A DNA stretch of 64,000 nucleotides from a virus, in the IMG/VR virus record IMGVR_UViG_3300025276_000021. One strand, 5' to 3'. Each line of letters begins with the position of its first letter. Positions within the stretch are counted from its first letter, which is position 1. Below the pieces are notes generated by a model. The model was given only the letters and a program-made list of their open reading frames with translations. It did not search any database and was not told where the DNA came from. Positions 1-15,300 of this stretch are shown one piece after another. The position numbers were made by a program, and so were the translations under genes.

Positions 1-365
1 TCATAAGCAGGAAACAACTTTGCGTCTATTGCTCCAAAATTAGTAATAGTATGCGAATCCAAAGAAAGATCCATAAAAGAATCTGTCCAAGGCAACACTG
101 CGGCGAACGCCCGACCATCATCGTTCGCACCTCTATTTGTCCAAAAATCTATTGTAATAGAATCGTTTGTACTATCGAAATTTTCAAAAGGAGTGCCTAA
201 ATCTAATTGCTTCGATCCCAAAAAACGATATGAGAATGATGGGAATGTTGATAAGTCAAAATAACGATATATGCCAGATTTTGCGCCTGAAGCAATTACT
301 ACCTCATCGCCTTCTTTCGCAACTTGGTTAATCTCGCCAAAACTATCATGTATAAATGTCGCCAC
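1..365 (-). CDS. Virion structural protein, N-terminal part only (runs off the window edge; not in the ORF track)
   Basis: GTG start at 365 preceded by AAGGA. The frame is open to position 1 (MATFIHDSFGEINQ...SITIDFWTN...). It follows the giant fibre gene directly and is DS-rich. Confidence 0.7.
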   Translation of the reverse strand, partial: MATFIHDSFGEINQVAKEGDEVVIASGAKSGIYRYFDLSTFPSFSYRFLGSKQLDLGTPFENFDSTNDSITIDFWTNRGANDDGRAFAAVLPWTDSFMDLSLDSHTITNFGAIDAKLFPAY

Positions 366-389
366 TATATTATCCTTTTTGTGAGCAGA

Positions 390-3300
390 TTATTTTTCAG
401 TGAATAACCAGCCGTTCGCAGTATTATAATAAACTAAACCAAACGCTGCACGGTCAACATCAATCGTTAAATCTGAATCGCTTGCTTCAATCTTATGTCC
501 ATTTCTATTTATAGTGATATTATTAGTCGATGCATTTCCCGTTCCATCTATAATTCTAATTTCATCTCCCAATGTGGCAGTAACAGGAAGATTTACGACG
601 ATTGCTGTTGAAGTGTCAAGGATAAGTCTTTGTCCAGCTGTTACTGTGACTGTAGATGTTACTTCTGACCAACTATTTGGAGCTGATGTTCTGGCTGAAA
701 TATATGCACTATCGACAATTCCTACAACGTCTGCGCTATCAAATGCTGCTGGAATAACAACTCTTGCGTTGATGTATGCACTATCAATTAAACCTATGAC
801 CGAAGCACTATCAGTTCCAGATGATCCAGATGAAACTCTTGCGTTGATGTATGCACTATCAATTAAACTTACAACACTTGATGCTCCAGATGGATTTGCT
901 TTTACCCACTGCGAAGTTGCATTGTCGTCCGTATAGTAAACATATGTTTCTAGAGCTTCTGGATCAAACCACATCTGTCCTTCTTCTGGTGATGCTGGTG
1001 CAGTATCGGATACTGTTAATCCACCGCCCGAGGAGCCGCCTGCGATTTCAATAATGTCAGCACTATCCAGAATACTTGCGTCATATAACTCTGTTCCGTG
1101 TACAATAGCGTTAATGATTATTTCATCGCCAGAGTCTAAACCGTATGTTGTTGTGATAGTGTTCGTAGCTGTTACTGAATAGTCTGCTCCCAATACAAGT
1201 CTGATACCATTATTAAATACTTGAATTTTATCAGCATCGAATGAAGCATTAATCCCATTAACATCTGTACCAGTAAATACTGTTGAACCACTATCAGCTT
1301 CAAATTTGTAGTTAACAAATTTAGGTTTCGTATATGCGACTTGTGTTGTGGTGTTATAAACAACAGAGCCAGTAGCATTTTTGAAGCCCATAATCGTTAT
1401 TTCGTCAGTAGAGTCTGCGGCAGTATTCAGTGTTACCGTATCTGTACCAGTTCTAGTATAATCGTCATTAAATCTAAGCAAAGCACCGTTAAAATAAACT
1501 AGTGGAGAATTATTAGTTGCCAGAAATTCTAGCGCGATTCCATTTTCATCGTTACCTGTAAACACAGTTTGATTTTGTGTTGCAGTATATTTGTAAATAT
1601 CAAACCCAGTTGTTGTGCCAACACGCGCTTGAATGTATGCACTATCTACAGTATTTGCGACAGTTTCTTCCGATACAGTAACTCTTGCGCCTATATAAGC
1701 ACTATCAATAAGATTGACGATTGCTGCACTGTCAGTTCCAGCAGATACTCTCGCTTGGATATAAGCACTATCGACAAGATTACCAGCGACAAAGGAAGCA
1801 TCTGCACTATCAAATGCTGCTGGGATAACAACTCTTGCATTGACGTATGCACTATCGACAAGATTACCAGCGACGAAAGAAGCATCTGCACTATCAAATG
1901 CGGGTGGGATAACAACTCTTGCGTTGATGTATGCACTATCAATATCAGATGCATTAGCTAGTTGAATCCAATTACCAGCATGAGAATAATATGCTTTTTG
2001 TGTTCCATGAACATGTGCAAACATACCATGATATGTGCTGGCTGATGGAAGATCGCCTTCAGTAGAATAAACATTTGAATATAGAACTTTATTTGAACCA
2101 AGATTAAGGTCTCCAGTCAAAGTTCCGCCGGCTAATGGTAATTTATCAGCAATACTATTCGTTATTGTAGTCGAGAAATTAGAATCGTTTCCTAATGCAG
2201 ACGCTAATTCAACTAAAGTGTTTAATGCGTCTGGTGCAGCGCCAACAAGTCCGTTTACTGCACTATCAGCAATAGTGCGGACAAAATCTTCAGTCGGTAG
2301 TACATTCCATGAGCCGCCCTGTGCAACTCTTGGTTTGCCTGCTTGCATTGCAAACATACCTTCGTAAGTAGAAGGACTAGGCATACTTGCAATTGTAGGA
2401 TAATTGTTAGAGTATGCAATTTTATTTGCGCCGAAATCTATATCTGAAGTGCCTATTCCGATTGCAGTATTGATATATGCTGTTGTTACGACATTAGCAA
2501 TATCCGATGCACTGGCTGCTTCCTGTCTTGATTGGACATAAGCACTATCAACAAATATATTAGATATAGATGTAATATAAGCACTATCGATAACAGATTT
2601 TAAATCAGCACTTAAAATATAAGCACTATCTGCCACAGATTTTATCCATGTGATATTTGCTCTTGATTGAACATAAGCACTATCAATCATATTGCTGGCT
2701 GCGTTTGAATCTATACCTATTACTTTAGATGCAATGCCGTTTTCATCTGCAATACTAATTCCTGTGGGACTAGAAGATAGTGATATTCCGCCAAGGTTGA
2801 TTGTGTTTCCACTAAGATGTAAGTCTCTCCAAGCGCGAGTTGGCGATCCTAGATCGTATATTTCATGCGCTGCAGGTATTACATTATGTGCAGAATTTAA
2901 GACACTTTGAATATATCCTGAGTCAGCAGCACTTAAAATGTACGCTGAGTCTGCGGCACTTAAAATATATGCACTATCTGCTACTGTTTTTACATACGCT
3001 GAGTCTGCGGCACTTAAAATATATGCACTATCAATAACAGATTTTAAATCTGTACCCAGAACGTATGCACTATCAGCAGCACTTAAAATATATGCACTAT
3101 CAATAACAGATTTTAAATCTGTGCCTAGAACGTATGCTGAGTCTGCGGCACTTAAAATATATGCACTATCAATAACAGATTTTAAATCTGTACCTAGAAT
3201 GTATGCTGAGTCTGCAATAAATTTGATATGGTCACTATCAGCCGCAGAATGAATATAAGCACTATCAATTATCTCTTTCAGATAATTTTCGTTTACTATA

Positions 3301-6300
3301 GTCGAAATATGATCACTATCAGCCGCAGAATGAATATAATCACTATCCGCAAGTTCTCTGATCCATTCATAACTTGCTACTGTTTTGACATAATCACTAT
3401 CCAGAAGATCCACAATATTAACAGAATTTATGAATACACCATCATCTGCATTTATTTTGCCTGCAACGTCAAGTTCAAACGCGGGCGTAGTTTTGCCAAT
3501 GCCTAAGAATTTGGTATTGTCATATACTGTATATGTACTTCCTTCTTCAAACACATTTGTAATTTGTAATTTTTCGCCATTGATTTCAATGTGTCCATTC
3601 CAAATTTCAAGTGCAGCTTTTTCTACAAACCCTGCTGGATCTTGAGGACCAGATATTACAACTTTGCCGCCTACACCTAGTCCTGCATTCGAGGCGCCCG
3701 GCGTAGTTTTACCGAGGAAATCGATCAGTTCTGTGCCTTGTACAATAGTATTGCCTGAGATAAGAGTTACATCATAAGGTGATTTGCCGATGCCGACTTT
3801 AGTATTATATAAAGCCTCAAATGCGCTTGGATTTGTAAACTGAGTCCAACCTGTAGGAGTAATAGGATAATCATTACCAAACTTAGGTGATGGTCCATTA
3901 ACTCTAAACGCAATCATAGATGGATCAATTGCAGAATCGAGTCTTTCTTGCAAGTCCTCGAACGATGGCCATGGTGTTGTGTCTACACGATCATTAATAT
4001 AGTCAGCATCTATCATTTCAAATACTGCAACAGAATCATTTGCGTGAAGTGGATTTCCACCAAAGCTTGCGCGTTCATTGATGTAAGTACTATCAAACCA
4101 AAGAGTTGCAGATTCTTCACTTATGCTTATGGTATAAGCTTCCGTGACATGATTCAAATATACAGCGTCTTCCTGAACAAGAGGAAGAATAACATCGCCT
4201 TGATAAGTTAAGCCGTCGAGGTTTACATTTCCTTTAACGTCTAATTTATAAGGAATAGCTGGTTTGTAATCAAAGCCGTTTGGAGGATATCTCAGATAAT
4301 TTGGGTTATTATCAAAGCTAGATTTGTCTAGTCCTATTCCTACTGCACCTTGACCATTATAAAGTAGATCGCCTGTTGGTCCCGAATTATCGTTTTGGAA
4401 GAACATGTCATCAGTTTGAGTTTGTCTTAGATACTCTTTTGTGACTGCTGAATGGATATAATCACTGTCAGCAATAAATTTGATATGATCGCTATCAGAA
4501 GCAATTTGTCTAATATAATCATACAAACGCATGCCCTGGACAAAGAATTGATTATTTCTTCCTCCTACATCACCACAGACATTAATGTTACCATAGACTT
4601 CTAAGCCGATATCTGTATTACTCCAAGCGCCGTTAGAAGTTGTTACAGATTTTGTGCTACTATTTAATGTAGGACTTGAAGGAACAGTATTTACAACATC
4701 CTGACCTATGATAACTGTACCGCCCTGAATAGATAGTGTGTCTGGCGTGCTTGAAGTAACTTGAGTACTACCTAGACCAATCGAAACACTATTTGTTGCA
4801 GTTGCCGCCGTCGATACATTATGTCCTAGTGAAATAGTATTAAGTCCGTCAGCAGAAATATTTCTACCAATCGCGATTGCGTTATTTGCTGCAGTAATGT
4901 CGCGTCCAAATGCAATTGCGTTATTTGTTACTGTATTACTTCTACCAAATGCGATACCGTCTGATGCAGCATTATTTAATCTACCAAACGCGGATGAGAA
5001 ACTATTTGATGTTGATGCAGTGTTGTTATGACCGAATGCTATACCACCATCAGTAGTATTAGATTTACCAAATGCTTGACCAGAGTAACTTACTTGGTTG
5101 CTAGATCCAAATGCGATACCATTATAACCTGCTACAGTATTTGCACGCCCGTAAACCATTGACTCAAGATTATTGTTTGTTGAGCTTGTAGATGCAGTAT
5201 TGCTGTGTCCAAAAATAGTAACTCTATAATTTCCGGTGTTACTATTTCCGAAAATTTCAGATGAATTATTACCCGTATTAGAACGCCCAACTACATTAGT
5301 ATCAACATTTCCAGTATTATAAGTGCCAACTGTGTATTCATAATTACCAGAACTACTTGTCGAGTTTCCATGTCCTATAACTATATAGTTTGTGCCTACA
5401 GTATTACTTGATCCAACACCGGTTGAATTTGTACCTACTGTGTTGTTTCGTCCAACAGATACAGATAATCTGCCCGATGCTAGTGTTCTATAGCCGATTG
5501 CCGTAGATTGAGTTCCAGATGCAACACTTCCGTGTCCTGAAGCAAAGGCTGTGCCACCTGATGCCAGATTGTTCATGCCAATAGCAACGCCGCTGTTACC
5601 AGTTGTCTTATTTGATCTACCAATTGCAACACCGTTTGACGAAGCGGCAGAGTTTCCTTTACCTATACTTACAGCATTTGTGCCGTTAATTAATGAACCT
5701 TCGCCAATGACAACTCCAGAGTTGCCACTTTTAACTGATCTACCTAGTGCAAGACCATTTGCGCCATAAGCGTATACGTTTTGTCCAATTGCTAGTCCGC
5801 CGGAAGTTGCATAGAGCGAGTTACCTATAGCTGTACCGCCGCCCGCTGCATAAATTTGTCTACCGATGCCAGTCGCATTAGATGATCCCGTAACTTCAAC
5901 ATCATAGCCTATTGATGATCCATAATGCGAATTTACTTTTGAATTTCTACCAATAACAACGCCATGACTACCGCGCGTTTGGACTTCAACGTCTTTACCT
6001 ACAGCAACAGCTTGTGCAGAGTTTACAACAGCATTGTTACCTACAGCAACAGCATCAGACCTTGTACTTTTTGCCCCTGTGCCCACGACAACAGACCTTC
6101 TGGCACTAGTGGTAGTAGTTATATTATTTCTACCTATAGAGACAACTTCTGATCCTCTTTGTGACGAGAAATTGCTTGCACCTACAAAGACAGAGTTTGC
6201 AGCATTATCAATAGAAAAGTTTCTGCCCATAACTATAGAGCTTGCTGCATTATTAGTGGTTATCGTATGACCCATAATTGTTGAGTTTAATGCATTAGTA

Positions 6301-9300
6301 GTGTTTATCGTATATCCGATTGCTAGTGCAGTTTTAGAAATACTAACATCTTTACCTATAAGAATACTATTATCTGCATTTGTGGTAAGTGTAGTCAGAC
6401 CTTTACCAATAGATACAATATTAGCAGCGAGATTTGCTGTAGGTGTATTGATAGTAGCACCAATAGATAGATTATTTGCTCCGTAGCTGAATATCGTTTG
6501 ACCAATTGATACGATATTGTTTGTGGAAAATCTATGTACTGTGTTTACGTCTGTATTCGTAATTCCTTGACCGAGAGCAACAGAACCAAAATTTTCGTTA
6601 ATGATCGTTTGACCTATTGAAACTGCGTGTGTTCTATTTACTGAACCACTTACAGTCTCGTCAAATGTAACGCCTGCTTTCGTATCATTACCAAGAGCAG
6701 TAGAGTGATGTCCCGCTCTTGTATTACTACCTATTGCGATTGATTTGAAACCTACATTACTATCTTTCCAGAAATCTGCTGAAGTAGCATAATCCAGAGC
6801 ACCAATTCTTAATGCGCCTCTTGTGCCAAACCACATCATACTAGATGCTGAATTATAATTAGGAATTGAGCCTCTAATTGGATTATTTTGGTCAGCTTCT
6901 AAAATACTACTTAGGAATACAGCATTTCCAGAATCTACAATAAATTTTGTGAAATCGTCTGTTGCCAATAGTGTATTTTTAGGACCAATAATTACGGCGC
7001 CTTCTTCATCATAATAAATTTTCTTTTGACTTCCTGTCTGTTCGATATTCCAGGGAGTTTCAAGTCTAGTACCAATATAATCTGAATCTACAATTCTTGC
7101 GATATGATCATCTACATCAACTCTAAGAATTTTTCTGGTGCCGTCTGCATTTAATACATGATGTAGCTTTCCTGTCGGAGTAGTATACGCTTTACCACCA
7201 AAGACTGGAGAACCGTCAGATTCAATTTTATACATGACATTCTGAGCATCACCTTCAGTAGTAAAGAAGGTTTGATAATTTACGCTAGTCTCGAAGAATT
7301 TTTGGGCACGGACATGCTTCAATGTAGAATGATATTGATTATATGTATTAGGTGGGAATACTGTTTTTATGCCGGAGCCTGTTCCGTCAGACTCATGCTT
7401 GAAATAGTACATTGGGTTACTAACAAACACTGAGCCTTGCGAATCAACATCAATATCGTCTTTAAAGAACGACTTACCACCAACGTCTATGTTTCCGCCA
7501 GCTTTTATGTTTCCGCCGGCGTCTATAGAATCTTCTACTGTTAAAGTTCTATTGTAAACGCTATCGTGTATAGTTACTGGTAGACTCAATGTAAGTGTTG
7601 GAATGTCGTTAAGTGGTAGACTTTCGAGAACTCTGACAACATAAGAATCTAGCGTGGCTTGCTTACCTGTTACTGTAGTAACTACTGTTCTTCTAGGATT
7701 GCCCGCACTATCAGGATTTCTTGCTGCAATTGCAGGATCAGCGTTTGTAGGATCGTACCAAGGGCCTAATGTGCCATCGAATGTACCATCAGATTCAATT
7801 TTGCCTAATGAGTTGCCGATACCATCACTATCTTGTTTAAATGCTGAAGAACTAATATTTTGAATAGCGCCATAATACATGACGCCGTTAGGATCCATAG
7901 TTAACTGCTTAATTGTAGTATTAGCTGCCGCTGCCAAATTATCAATGATATGAGAGTCCATACCCTTAGCAAGATTGTATGATGAATCTATAGTACTAGC
8001 GGCAATAATATTGCTGTAGTGTCCGTATCCATCTTTTTCTGTTCTGAGATGAATGACGCCAGTAGGAGTTCCTTGAACAAAACTATTTGTTAAGTTAGGA
8101 CCACCGTCTGATTCAACTCTTCCTGATAGAGTACCAGAGCCATCAGATTCTTGCTTATCTTCAAGCACTGCGGGAACAATAGTTGAATTAGTAATAGTTT
8201 TAGATGGTCCAAAGAACCAAGTACTCTGAGAGTCAACGTGAACGTCTTGGAAAAACTCTAATGTGCCAGTTGCATTACTTTCAAATCTCATTCCGCCTTT
8301 AACAATAAAGCTATCGTGCGTAGTAAATCTAGAACCTATATGAGGATAGCCTGGTTTCGCAGCGGTTGCCATCGCTGCTGAGCCTAGAACAACTTCTCCG
8401 TAAAGATTTGTAGGTCCGAATATATTCGTTTCACTTGTTAGTTTAACTGAATAATCTTGAATGATAAATTTATCGCCGAGTTTAATTGTTCCTAGAGAAT
8501 CACTAACTGCGGCTGAATTGCCTCCCGGAAAAGGTTCTGAGGATAATCTTAAATCATCATAAATTTCAATATATTGATTATTGATGATTTTAAAATCTCT
8601 GTTATTATCATTAGTTAATTGACCTTTAAAATTACCTAAAGAATCTAACAACTTGACGATAGGATCATTAACTCCATGGAGAGAAATGCCAGCGTTTATA
8701 TCTAAAGAATCGCCGTTATCATCAATTAAATTTGAATCTTTGTCTTGCAAAACACCTGCATCGTCATATTTTTTAGCTGCTAATATGATCGTATTTCGAG
8801 TAGATGTTGTATCAGGATACATCCATCTGCTATTCGCTGTTGCAGAAATATCATTTGTAGCAAGAGCAGTTTCTAATACATATACTGTTTTTGAATAGTT
8901 AATATGCGTTTTTAGTGCATTATAAACTCCACCAATGCCATAGATAGCAGAATCAAATAATGCTGTATTTCCTAAAGAGTCGTAGTGAACGCCTTGTACT
9001 AATACAGATGAATTGCCATTGCTATCAACTCTTACAATTCTAGTATAACGATCATCAACGCTATCATTAAACAAAAACGAAACGTGTTGTTCGTCTGCAC
9101 CAGCATCGGGGTTGCCGATTTGCGTCTGAAGTTCAACAGTATTTAATGTTTTTGCTTGACGCAGGTTTAAATAACTGCTATCAAATGTAAATGTATATTC
9201 AGAATCTAATACGTTATCGTGACCTAATACAAGCAATCCACCTCTTAGGTGTGTGCTATCACCAACATATAATCCTTTAGTTCCTACTATTTTATTTTCG

Positions 9301-12300
9301 TTTGCACCTATATTATCTAAGCCAGAATATGATCCAACACTAAGCATATTTTCAAAATATACATCACCCTTTACTTCAAGATCACTGTCAAAATTACCAG
9401 AACCAAGAACGTCGAGATTGTGTGTTGCTTCACGACCCGTCTTATTGATTGCAATTTTTAGTTTACCATCATATCGGAAACTATTAGCTTCATCATCGCC
9501 TGTTACAGGGTGCGGCGCACCGATGTAAACTGCGTTAAAGCTATCGTGTTTCCAGTAATAATCAGAATCCCAAACACTAATAACAAATGCACTATCAATC
9601 TGGGCCTGAATCCAAGACGCTGTGATGCCGCCACCACCATCTTGCTTTATCCAATTAGTATCATCGTATGGTGTGTTAGGCACAAGCACATGTTGAATCC
9701 AAGCCGAATCTGCAGCACTTAAAATATACGAACTATCAATAAAAGACTTATATAATGCACTATCAAACTGCGCTCTAATATGAGTTTGATCAAGATAGTT
9801 TTCTTGAATCATCCATGACTTGCTAGGCCAACCTTCTCCATTAGCCATGATTGGGGGCGTACCACCGTTATATACGCCATTTTTGTACATAGCTTTATTC
9901 ATGTTAAAGGGATTAGTTCTTACATTTAGACGCCCTTGAACATCAAGACCTATAGAATCTCCAGTGCCACCACTCAAATTGCCTTTATTGAAAGATGTAC
10001 TTTGTTGGTATGCTGTTGTCTGAAAAGTACCTACATTAGTAGCGCCGTCTGCCATAGTTTTATATTGACCAGTCCAAGCTTGATCGTTTGATAAGCCTAT
10101 AGCAACAGCTTTTGGTTCATCGTTTGGATTATATACAAGTGCGTCTGGTAATACACGCCAGTTGTTTTCTGAATCAACTCTTTGTTGAACGTAGTCTGTA
10201 TCAAACATATCAAAAACAGCATTATAAATCGCGCTTCCTGGTCTAACAACAAAGCTGTCGAGAGACATAGGATTGCCTAATGCATTATAGCCAATATAAA
10301 AACTGTCATTATCTGTATCGTCTAACCAATGTACGCTACCCGCAACAGTAAGTTTACCTGTTATATAAACGCTGTCGCCAAATAAGGCTGTAGTTGCACC
10401 AGTAAGTGAGCCAGCAATAGTTAGATCGCCTCCGGCTGTAATACTATCACTAAACTCGCCAAATGTAGCACCAGTTAAAGAACCCCCAATAGTTAGATCG
10501 CCTCCGGCTGTAATACTATCACTAAACTCGCCAAATGTAGCACCAGTAAGTGAGCCAGCAATAGTTAGATCGCCTCCGGCTGTAATACTATCACTAAACT
10601 CGCCAAATGTAGCACCAGTAAGTGAGCCAGCAATAGTTAGATCGCCTCCGGCTGTAATGCTATCACCGAATTTACCATAAGAAGCTATATCTAGATAGTT
10701 ACCGCCTTTGATATATCCGCTAGTAACATCTAAATAATTACCGTTGACTATTACATCTTTAGCTACACTTAAAGAATCGCCTAGTGTTGTAGTTCCCTTA
10801 ACAATTAAGTCACTATCAATAATTACGCTATTTTTGAAACGTGAGGGCGCGACAGATATAACAGGCTTCGGTTGAAGTTTAAGATAAGCGCCGAACGGAA
10901 TGCTAGTGCCAGATACTGCACCCCAAAAAGATGGATCATAATTATCTGTTGCGGGATCGCCTGTATTATTAAGAGTTATGACACCCGCACTAAGCTTAGA
11001 TCGGCTAGTACCCTTGAGAGTACTAACATTAGTAGTGTCTGTAATGTCTCTGAGACTAAAACTATCTCCTTGAGGACCAATAGCTGAAATTGTGTAAATA
11101 GAGTCATTTAAGAATTGCCCTATTGTAGACACCGCCGGCAATTCAAATTGAATTGTTTTTCCGATAGTCAATAGACCATTAGTATTTTGAACAACGACAA
11201 CAGCAGGATTACTTTGTTCAATGTCTATTACAGTACTCAATGGCAATGCAACAGGCTCAGGAACTATTTCAATATCAACGGGTTCAATGCCAAAGATGTA
11301 ATCTCTAAGTTCTATATCATTAACATATATTGTTGCATCATAACTATCACCAGGAACAATGAGTGGTGTTCCGGAGACGCCAGTGCCATCAGTCATCACT
11401 CCACTCTTATATCCAAAGTGAATTGTACCACCAGAAACATCAAGCGCACCTCTAGCATATGATCTACCTATTGCAACTTTCGTATTATTGCTTTCGCCGA
11501 CGAGATTTGAACTTGTTGGATTACTCAAAACAATTTGATTTGCGTGTCCACCGGGAGGATTAGTTAGTGTTGTTTTCTGACCTAAAAGAAATACGGGCTT
11601 ACTTAATGTTGTTGCAATTCTATTATCTTTACCAATCACATATGCATTTTGCAGATTATGAGCAGCGGAATCTACAATATTGTCTCTACCGATAAAGAAA
11701 TTGCCTGATCTGGTGCCGGTTGTTCCGTTCAAAGACGATCTATCAGAATCTTTATTACCTTCGCCTATAAAGACTGAATATGATCCTTTAATATGATTCG
11801 AACCAGTGCCCATTGCTATCGATACACTGTTGGCTCCGATTATTTTTGTATTATTACCGCCTATAGATATTGATCTAGAGCCTGATATAGTGTGATTTGT
11901 ACCACCTATTGCAATTGCACGACTACCTTCAATAGTACCACTCGCATTTAATGCAGTTGCGTATGTGCCCGAAATCGTAGTACTGCCTTGTACATTAAAT
12001 GCTGCGGCGTAGTTAGCTTCTAATGTGACGGCTCCTGCACCACCGATAATTGTGTTTCTTTGTGATTTTATTCTGGATCCAGAAGCTGCAGATATCATAC
12101 TGGAATAATCTGAAGTACTGTCTATCTGCGAACTAACGCTGTTTAATATCATACTATATGATGGTTGAGAACTCTGACCTACACCACCTATATTAACACT
12201 TTGACCGCCAAGGATAATTGATTTTGTGCCATATATATTACCGTCAAACGCGCCTATGACAGTTGAATATGATCCTAGACTATCAACTTTCGATGTACTG

Positions 12301-15300
12301 AAAGCATTTGCTACCATAGAATAATCACCAGCAGCATGACTTGTATTACCGCCTAAGACTGTACTATAGTCTCCGATAACTTTATTTTTATAACCAATAC
12401 CAATAGAATGTGCGCCCATAGAATCGTTACTGTGTTGCGAGGCAATTATTTGTCCTGCTCTTAAAATACCACCTTCAGGATAATATGTGAATAAACTTGG
12501 AGCGGCATTTACACCACCTGCTGATCTGTATTGTGCAAAACTACTAGTGCCTGCAGCAGAATCAAAATGATCTACCAAATTTTTATAATTAGAGCTATAG
12601 TCACCTCTTACTAAAATATCGCCCGTTATTTCTAAAATATGATTTGGCGCGGGTGTATATACACCAAGATTTTTATTTGGTTCGCTATATGTAGTTTGAA
12701 TTCCATCGTCTATCCATGGATTTGTATTTTCTACACCATTTGGGCCGCGCTTGAAGAATGAACCTTCATAAATTAAATCGCCTTTAACAAGAAGGTTACC
12801 AACACCAACTGAAATACCAGCTTCTACAAGATCGGAATCACTACCGATAGTAACACTTCCTTCTTGGATAGACATAAAGTTATCCGCTGTAGTTGGTACC
12901 CATGTCTTAGAGCCTGTACCAACACCTAAGTTAAAGCCCACAGAGTTATCGCCGCGTATATCTAGATTTTTACCGAAAGCGAATGAGTTTGTGTTGCCTG
13001 TTGCAATTGTAGAGCCAGAGCCAAAAGCGAAACTGAGGTTTGCGCCGACATTATGCCCTTTACCCAGAACATAAGATGCATTTCCAGACACTACATTAGG
13101 TGTTCCTGCTTCACCGCCGATTGCGATAGATGCTGATCCTCCAACAATATTATAATTACCTATACCAATAGACAATTCTGCAACACTGTTATTTGAACCT
13201 ATTGCTATAGAGTTATTACTATCTGCTAAGTTTAATTTACCTATTGCGATACCAATGTCTGCATTTACGACATTTAGTTCACCAATCGCAATACCTGTTG
13301 TAGGATTTGTTGAATTAAAAGTCGGTTCCCAGTGATACGCTGCATAATTGCCAGGGCCCTGGAAATCAATTACTTCATTATCTTTACCAATAGCTATAGA
13401 ATATGCACCAGAGTTTGCTTGGAATGTACCAACTCTATTTGTTTTACCTACTGAAAAGCTGTGTGGAGCATATGCGCGTGATGTATCGCCCGCAGCAAAA
13501 GAAAATATGCTTGCGCGAGTATTTTTACCAAACGCTGCAGAGAAACCACCAAAAGCAGATGGTTCATTGCCCGCGATATCAGTAAAGTCAAAATAACCAG
13601 CTCTAAATCTAGCTTGTGTTGTATCAAAAAGAAGCCTTGACTTATCACTATCGTCAGAAACAGTTGGATATCCAAGGCTAGCTAAAATTTCGTTTTGTGC
13701 AGACGGCTGTAGAGGATATACAATTGGACCAGATGGAGTGGGGTTGAGTGCTGTTGAAGCAATCTGTGCTGAGAACGAAAATGTTTTGCCTGTAGCATCA
13801 ATATCGAATTTAGGATTGCTTTTACCAATCGCAACACGACTTCCAATTCCTGTCGGACCGTGTACCTTTGCCGGATCTGGAACATATTGTACATCTGCAA
13901 TATCACCAGCAGGACCAAACGGAGTCTTATCGAAAATGCCACCAGCAGTATACTTTTCTCCATCTTTGAAAAGATCGCCCGTCATATTTAAAGAGCCGTC
14001 TTTACGCAGTTCTAAAAGATTACTGTCCGCGTTACTTTTAATAGTGACTAAACTTATATCTTCGCCTGCAATTCGAGATGCTATTGCAGAATCTTTACTA
14101 ATGTCAGATTTAAATGTGTTATTTTGTAGAGTTGATGTAAAACTATCAAGTGTAGTTTCTATTCCATAAAAAGTGTGGGGTGTAATAACACCACGGTCTG
14201 TTCCGCTATAATTTCTTCCTAATGAAGAATCGCCAATTTTTAATGTTTCTGCAAATAAATTATTTGTTGTTAATGTACCGTCATTAGTTATGCGAGTATT
14301 ATACCATCCTGAATCTGCATCTGCCGCAAAACCTTCGCCACCGGCACCTGCATTACCAGCGACAATTTTTTTACCTATCTGAAGTCCAACGTCTGTTCCA
14401 TGATTAGCAGAAACACTACTACCGTATATTAAACCACTATCTTGAACTAATCTATTATTATTATCTGTAAAAATAAGTCGATGTTCATCTGCAAAATTCC
14501 AGAACATACTATCAACAAAGGTCTTATCTATGTAACCAAGATTATAATTTAATACGATGCCTTCATTCTGTGTAATAAATGCGCTGTCTGATGTAAATTG
14601 ACTTATAGTTCCAGAGTCGTAAATTACATGTGAGCCGCTTAATTTTGCAATTCTTCCACTATCTGCGTCGATAGTTGGTGTTATTATACCTACAGATGTA
14701 CGCCATTTATTTTCTGTTGCGTCCCAATAAATACTTGCTCTACCGTAAATACCCGCAGAAGGTTCTCCGTAAACTGTAATGCCAGCGCCGTCTGCGGCAG
14801 CATCATTTATTGCACTATCTGCAATGAGAATATTTTTGTCATTTGTAGAAACTACAGTTGAATTAACAATAGTTTGATCGCCATCAATTTGCAAATCGCC
14901 CTTGATTAAAACTTTGCCTGTGTTGTCGCCAATGCCAGAAGGATCGATTGTAATTGTAGAAGGACCCGTGATTAACGGCTGATAAGACGTATGAATTGTA
15001 GCGTATGTAATTTCTGCTGAGTCAGATGTAAGTTGTCCGATGTTAGCACTATCGATATCTGCGCGAGAAATATATGCACTATCAATATCAACTTGACTAA
15101 TGTCGGCACTGTCAATATTTGCATAATTAATTGTTGCATGATCAATGTGTGCGCTATCAACATCTAAGTTATCGACATGTGCGCTATCAATATCTGCATA
15201 TTTAACATAAGCAGAATCAATAGTTACATTATCAATATGCCCACTATCAAGATCCATAAATTTGACATAAGCAGAATCGATAGACACGTTATCAATATGG

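Noticed and set aside
10396-10667. Possible CRISPR array
   Set aside because: The units are contiguous, in-frame 72-bp coding repeats with no unique spacers, and no cas genes are present.
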